A DNA stretch of 64,000 nt, taken from assembly GCA_013265495.1 (NCBI GenBank), contig MU057744.1:2369370-2433369 (forward strand). The letters are read 5' to 3'. The position numbers and the translations under genes were made by a program. Shown in pieces: positions 60,940 to 64,000 of this stretch (position 1 is the stretch's first letter; every line of letters begins with the position of its first letter). The stretch comes from Vicugna vicugna (lineage: Eukaryota). The notes below the pieces were generated by a model. The model was not told the DNA's origin. It searched no databases and saw only the letters and a program-made list of their open reading frames with translations.

Positions 60940-62050
60940 ATCAACTTTGGGAAGTTTTTAACCGTTATTTCTTCAAATACATTTCAGTTCCACTTTCCCT
61001 TGCCTCTCCTTCAGTGGCTCTGATGACACAAATACTAGCGCTTTTATCATTACCCCAGTGTCCCCTACAACTCTGTTCCTTAAAGTTCTCATTTTTTTTT
61101 CTCTTTTCAAATCGGCCAAGTTCTATTGATCTATTGTCAGTTTCACAGATCCTAACATCCGGCATATCTGCCCTGCTACTGAGCAAATTGAGAGTTTTAT
61201 TTTGGTTTCTGTATTTTTCAACTCTGTAATTTTCATTGGGTTCTTTTTCTTAAACTTCTATTTCATTACGAAAATTTTCCATTTTTCCGGAAGAATCCAC
61301 AGTTGCTTGTTGAACCATTTTTTGCTGACCACACTAGAGCCCTTGTCCGAGGATTCCAAACACCTGCTGACGGTGGAGTTTGGCCTCAGTTGTCTTTTCA
61401 TATTCCTCCTGGGAGTTTTTGGTTCATGGTATGAAGAGTGGTTAGTTTTATTCTATCCTGGGCATTTTGTGTATTTTACTAGGAGACCCAGGACCCTATT
61501 TTACCTTATTTTCCAGTGGGTCAGTCCTCTATTATGTGCAGGCGAAAGCCTCAAGGGTGTGTGTGTTAGCTTCCCATGGAAACTGCCACCAGCCCCCGGG
61601 AAGATGGGGCCCTGGCTCGCGCTGCCTCACTGCAGACGGAAGATCAACTCACTTGGCTGAATGAAGCCTCAGAGGAGGTAATGCAGGTTTTCCACTGGCA
61701 AAGACTGGAATTCAGTGAGTATTGCCAAAATGATTTTATGTTGTCAGGGTGGGGGTTGGCAGGGCTGGGGACAGGGGAGACAGACTCTTTTTGGAATTCT
61801 GTCTATGCCTTTTGGATGGTTTGATGTTGGGGACTATTGCAAAACCCTGTGTGGGACATACGGGAGTTGTAAGAAAATCCAGGAAGATTCAGTCAGAAAT
61901 CCAACAAGAAAAGTCCCCAGATTCCGTAAGTGGTCTGCTTTCTTCTTTCTCCCTGTCAGGGTGTCCATATGCTTGTGTTGTGCTGATTTCAAGGTAAAAA
62001 CTAAAGCTTTTTTAGTTGGAGAAGGGAGGTCCTGGGAGGAAGGGGGTACA
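60940..62050 (-). mobile_element. Decayed L1 ORF1 and 5' region
   Basis: ORF 60965-61186 (LSSRADMPDVRICETDNRSIELGRFEKRKKNENFKEQSCRGHWGNDKSASICVIRATEGEARESGTE) matches L1 ORF1p LNSR..AEERISELEDRSIE..EQSLRDLWDNIKRSNIRVIGVPEGEE. Confidence 0.75.
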
Positions 62051-62199
62051 CCTCCACCTTGAGGGATGGGAAGTCTCCAACGCCACTGCTTTCTTGTTTA
62101 ATCCTACTGTGGCAGGTTTTCCCTGATCTGATCCCCCAGTTCTGTCCTCTAACCTCCTATCCACATGCACATGCCTCCACATGCAACTGGCCAGACTTT

Positions 62200-64000
62200 C
62201 AGTGTTTGTCTTTCAGATATTCCTCAAATATATTTTCATATTGATGGATATCTACAAAAATAGGTAATTTCATTCTGTGTGGTTTTACGTGTCTGTTTAA
62301 ATTTACTTTAACATGTAAAAAAATTACACGAGTGTGTTATGAATTTCATTTGGCTTTTACCTTTTTCACAAATAATTTTGGAAATGAACCCAAAATTTTT
62401 CAAATCAATCTATTAAAATTCTTTTATTGCTGTATCAAATTGCACTTGGGAAAAATGTGTTTTATCTACAGATTTCCAAACTGACACTTAATATGTCTCC
62501 GATTTCTTTTCTGATTTGAATAATGCTGCAGCAAATATCCTTATAAATATTCTCTTGAATATTATTCTGAGCATATCTCTAGATATAGAAATGGAATTGC
62601 TGGGCCAAGGGGCACATACATTTGCCGTTTTATAAGGTATTGCTAAATTTTTCCTCAAAGCAACGCCGATTTACTCTCTGGCCATGTGCTGCTGCCAGAC
62701 TTAGTCTGCGCTTAGTTTTAATAATCTAGTGGATGTGTCCTTTTTAAATTTGCGTTTTTCTGATTTCTAGTGGACTGAGTAAATTTATCCACAAACTGTC
62801 AGGTTCTGTTTGTCTATGCAATGCCTTTTTTTGTAAACTGTCCATTTTCTATTTAATGTGAGAGGGCTTTTTCTTTTTTTTGCTAGTTTGCAGGATTCTT
62901 TTTTTTGCTTTGTTTTTAATAACATAATCTGGGTACGTGAATATAGCACATTTTCTCCCCGCCTGTCATTTGTTCTATATACTTGTTTATATTTTCTTCC
63001 TCATTTGTTTCTCTTTTCTTTATATTTTCTTTAAGGGTTTTTGTTGAAGTACAACCTATGACATACACACTGTTAACTGTGCGTATCCTACACGTATCGC
63101 TCCATGAACCTGCCCACCTGTGTGACCAGATCAAGAGATGGAAAGTGGCCAGCACTTCAGGTGCCTCCGTGAGACCCACCTCCGGCATCACCTCCACAAG
63201 GGAGCCACTATCCTTTTCCAAATGCAGTTCAGTTTTACCTGCCTTTGCACATTTTGTAAAGTGAGTTATGCAGCATGTACCCTTCTGTGTCCTTTGTTTC
63301 ACTCTTTTCCTTTGGGAGTCACATGTGTATTCATAGATTTAAGTTCATTATTTTTCCACTGTCATATAGTCTATTATTTGAATACACTACAATTATCATT
63401 CATATATTCTGTTTGTTTAACATTTTGGCAATTTAATTTTTAATACTGTTGCTATAAATTTTCTTGGACATATTTTTCAAAAGTGTTTTTACCACACATT
63501 TCCACTACTAGTGTTTCAGAGAATCAGTGCATGTGTGTGTGTGTTTCAAGTGCTCCAAGTTTTTTTTTCCCGTATAATTTTGTTGTATTTGGTTTACTAA
63601 CATATTGTTTAGGGTATCTCCACCTACACTGATAAGGGAAATTGCCCTTTAAATATATTTTTAGTACCTTTCTTGCCTGACTTTGATGTCAAGATAATAA
63701 TTTCATAAATTAAATATTTTACCTATCCTCTTTCTTCTACTTATTTCTATCCTTTAAAGGTTTGGCAGAATTGACCCATAAAACATCTGAGGACAAGTTT
63801 ATATTTTGAATTATCTTGTTGAATAATTTTAACTATTAATGCAACTTACTTAATGAGTAAGTGATATTACATTTCTCTTTCCCCATATTTTTCTAGACAA
63901 TTGTTCATTCCATCGAAGTTCTTAACATTTACGGTATGAATCTCTTGGGGGAAAAACCTAAAATGGGGATATGATAGGGTCTTTAAGCGAAAGAATGTTC
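62200..64000 (-). mobile_element. Ancient L1ME-like fragments
   Basis: taatgctgcagcaaatatcctt, aatggaattgctgggccaaggggcac, ttcagttttacctg, gggtatctccacctacactgataagggaaattg, aaggtttggcagaattgaccc. Confidence 0.6.

Noticed and set aside
61202..61660. 152-aa hydrophobic ORF as a membrane protein
   Set aside because: It is the antisense reading of A-rich L1 ORF1/5' sequence.

Overview
This is mammalian, not prokaryotic, genomic DNA. A tRNA-Ala-derived Vic-1-type SINE and cetartiodactyl-style L1 3' ends point to a camelid (alpaca/llama/camel). I find no supportable protein-coding gene: all ORFs are <=168 aa and the recognisable ones are decayed L1 ORF1/ORF2 or ERV-L pol fragments, so the window looks intergenic or deep-intronic. 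It is a mosaic of interspersed repeats (L1 of several ages, L2, MIR, MaLR/ERVL/ERV1 LTRs, hAT MITEs), one orphan CpG island (~26.76-27.6 kb) and a few AT-rich non-repeat blocks that resemble enhancers. The strongest findings are retrotransposition products read directly from the sequence. (i) A TSD-flanked L1 3' transduction, apparently two-step, sits in the TATA box of an ERV1-type LTR (42880-43429). (ii) A TSD-flanked chimeric L1 insertion has a 5' fold-back hairpin and ~210 bp of non-L1 sequence (48023-48503). (iii) An L1 5'UTR is fused directly to its 3' end (16640-17876). (iv) A young solo LTR is intact with a perfect TSD (3271-3679). Several old repeats are also locally shifted AT->GC. 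Repeat family names come from recalled consensus sequences and need RepeatMasker/Dfam confirmation. I see no evidence for a new multi-gene system.
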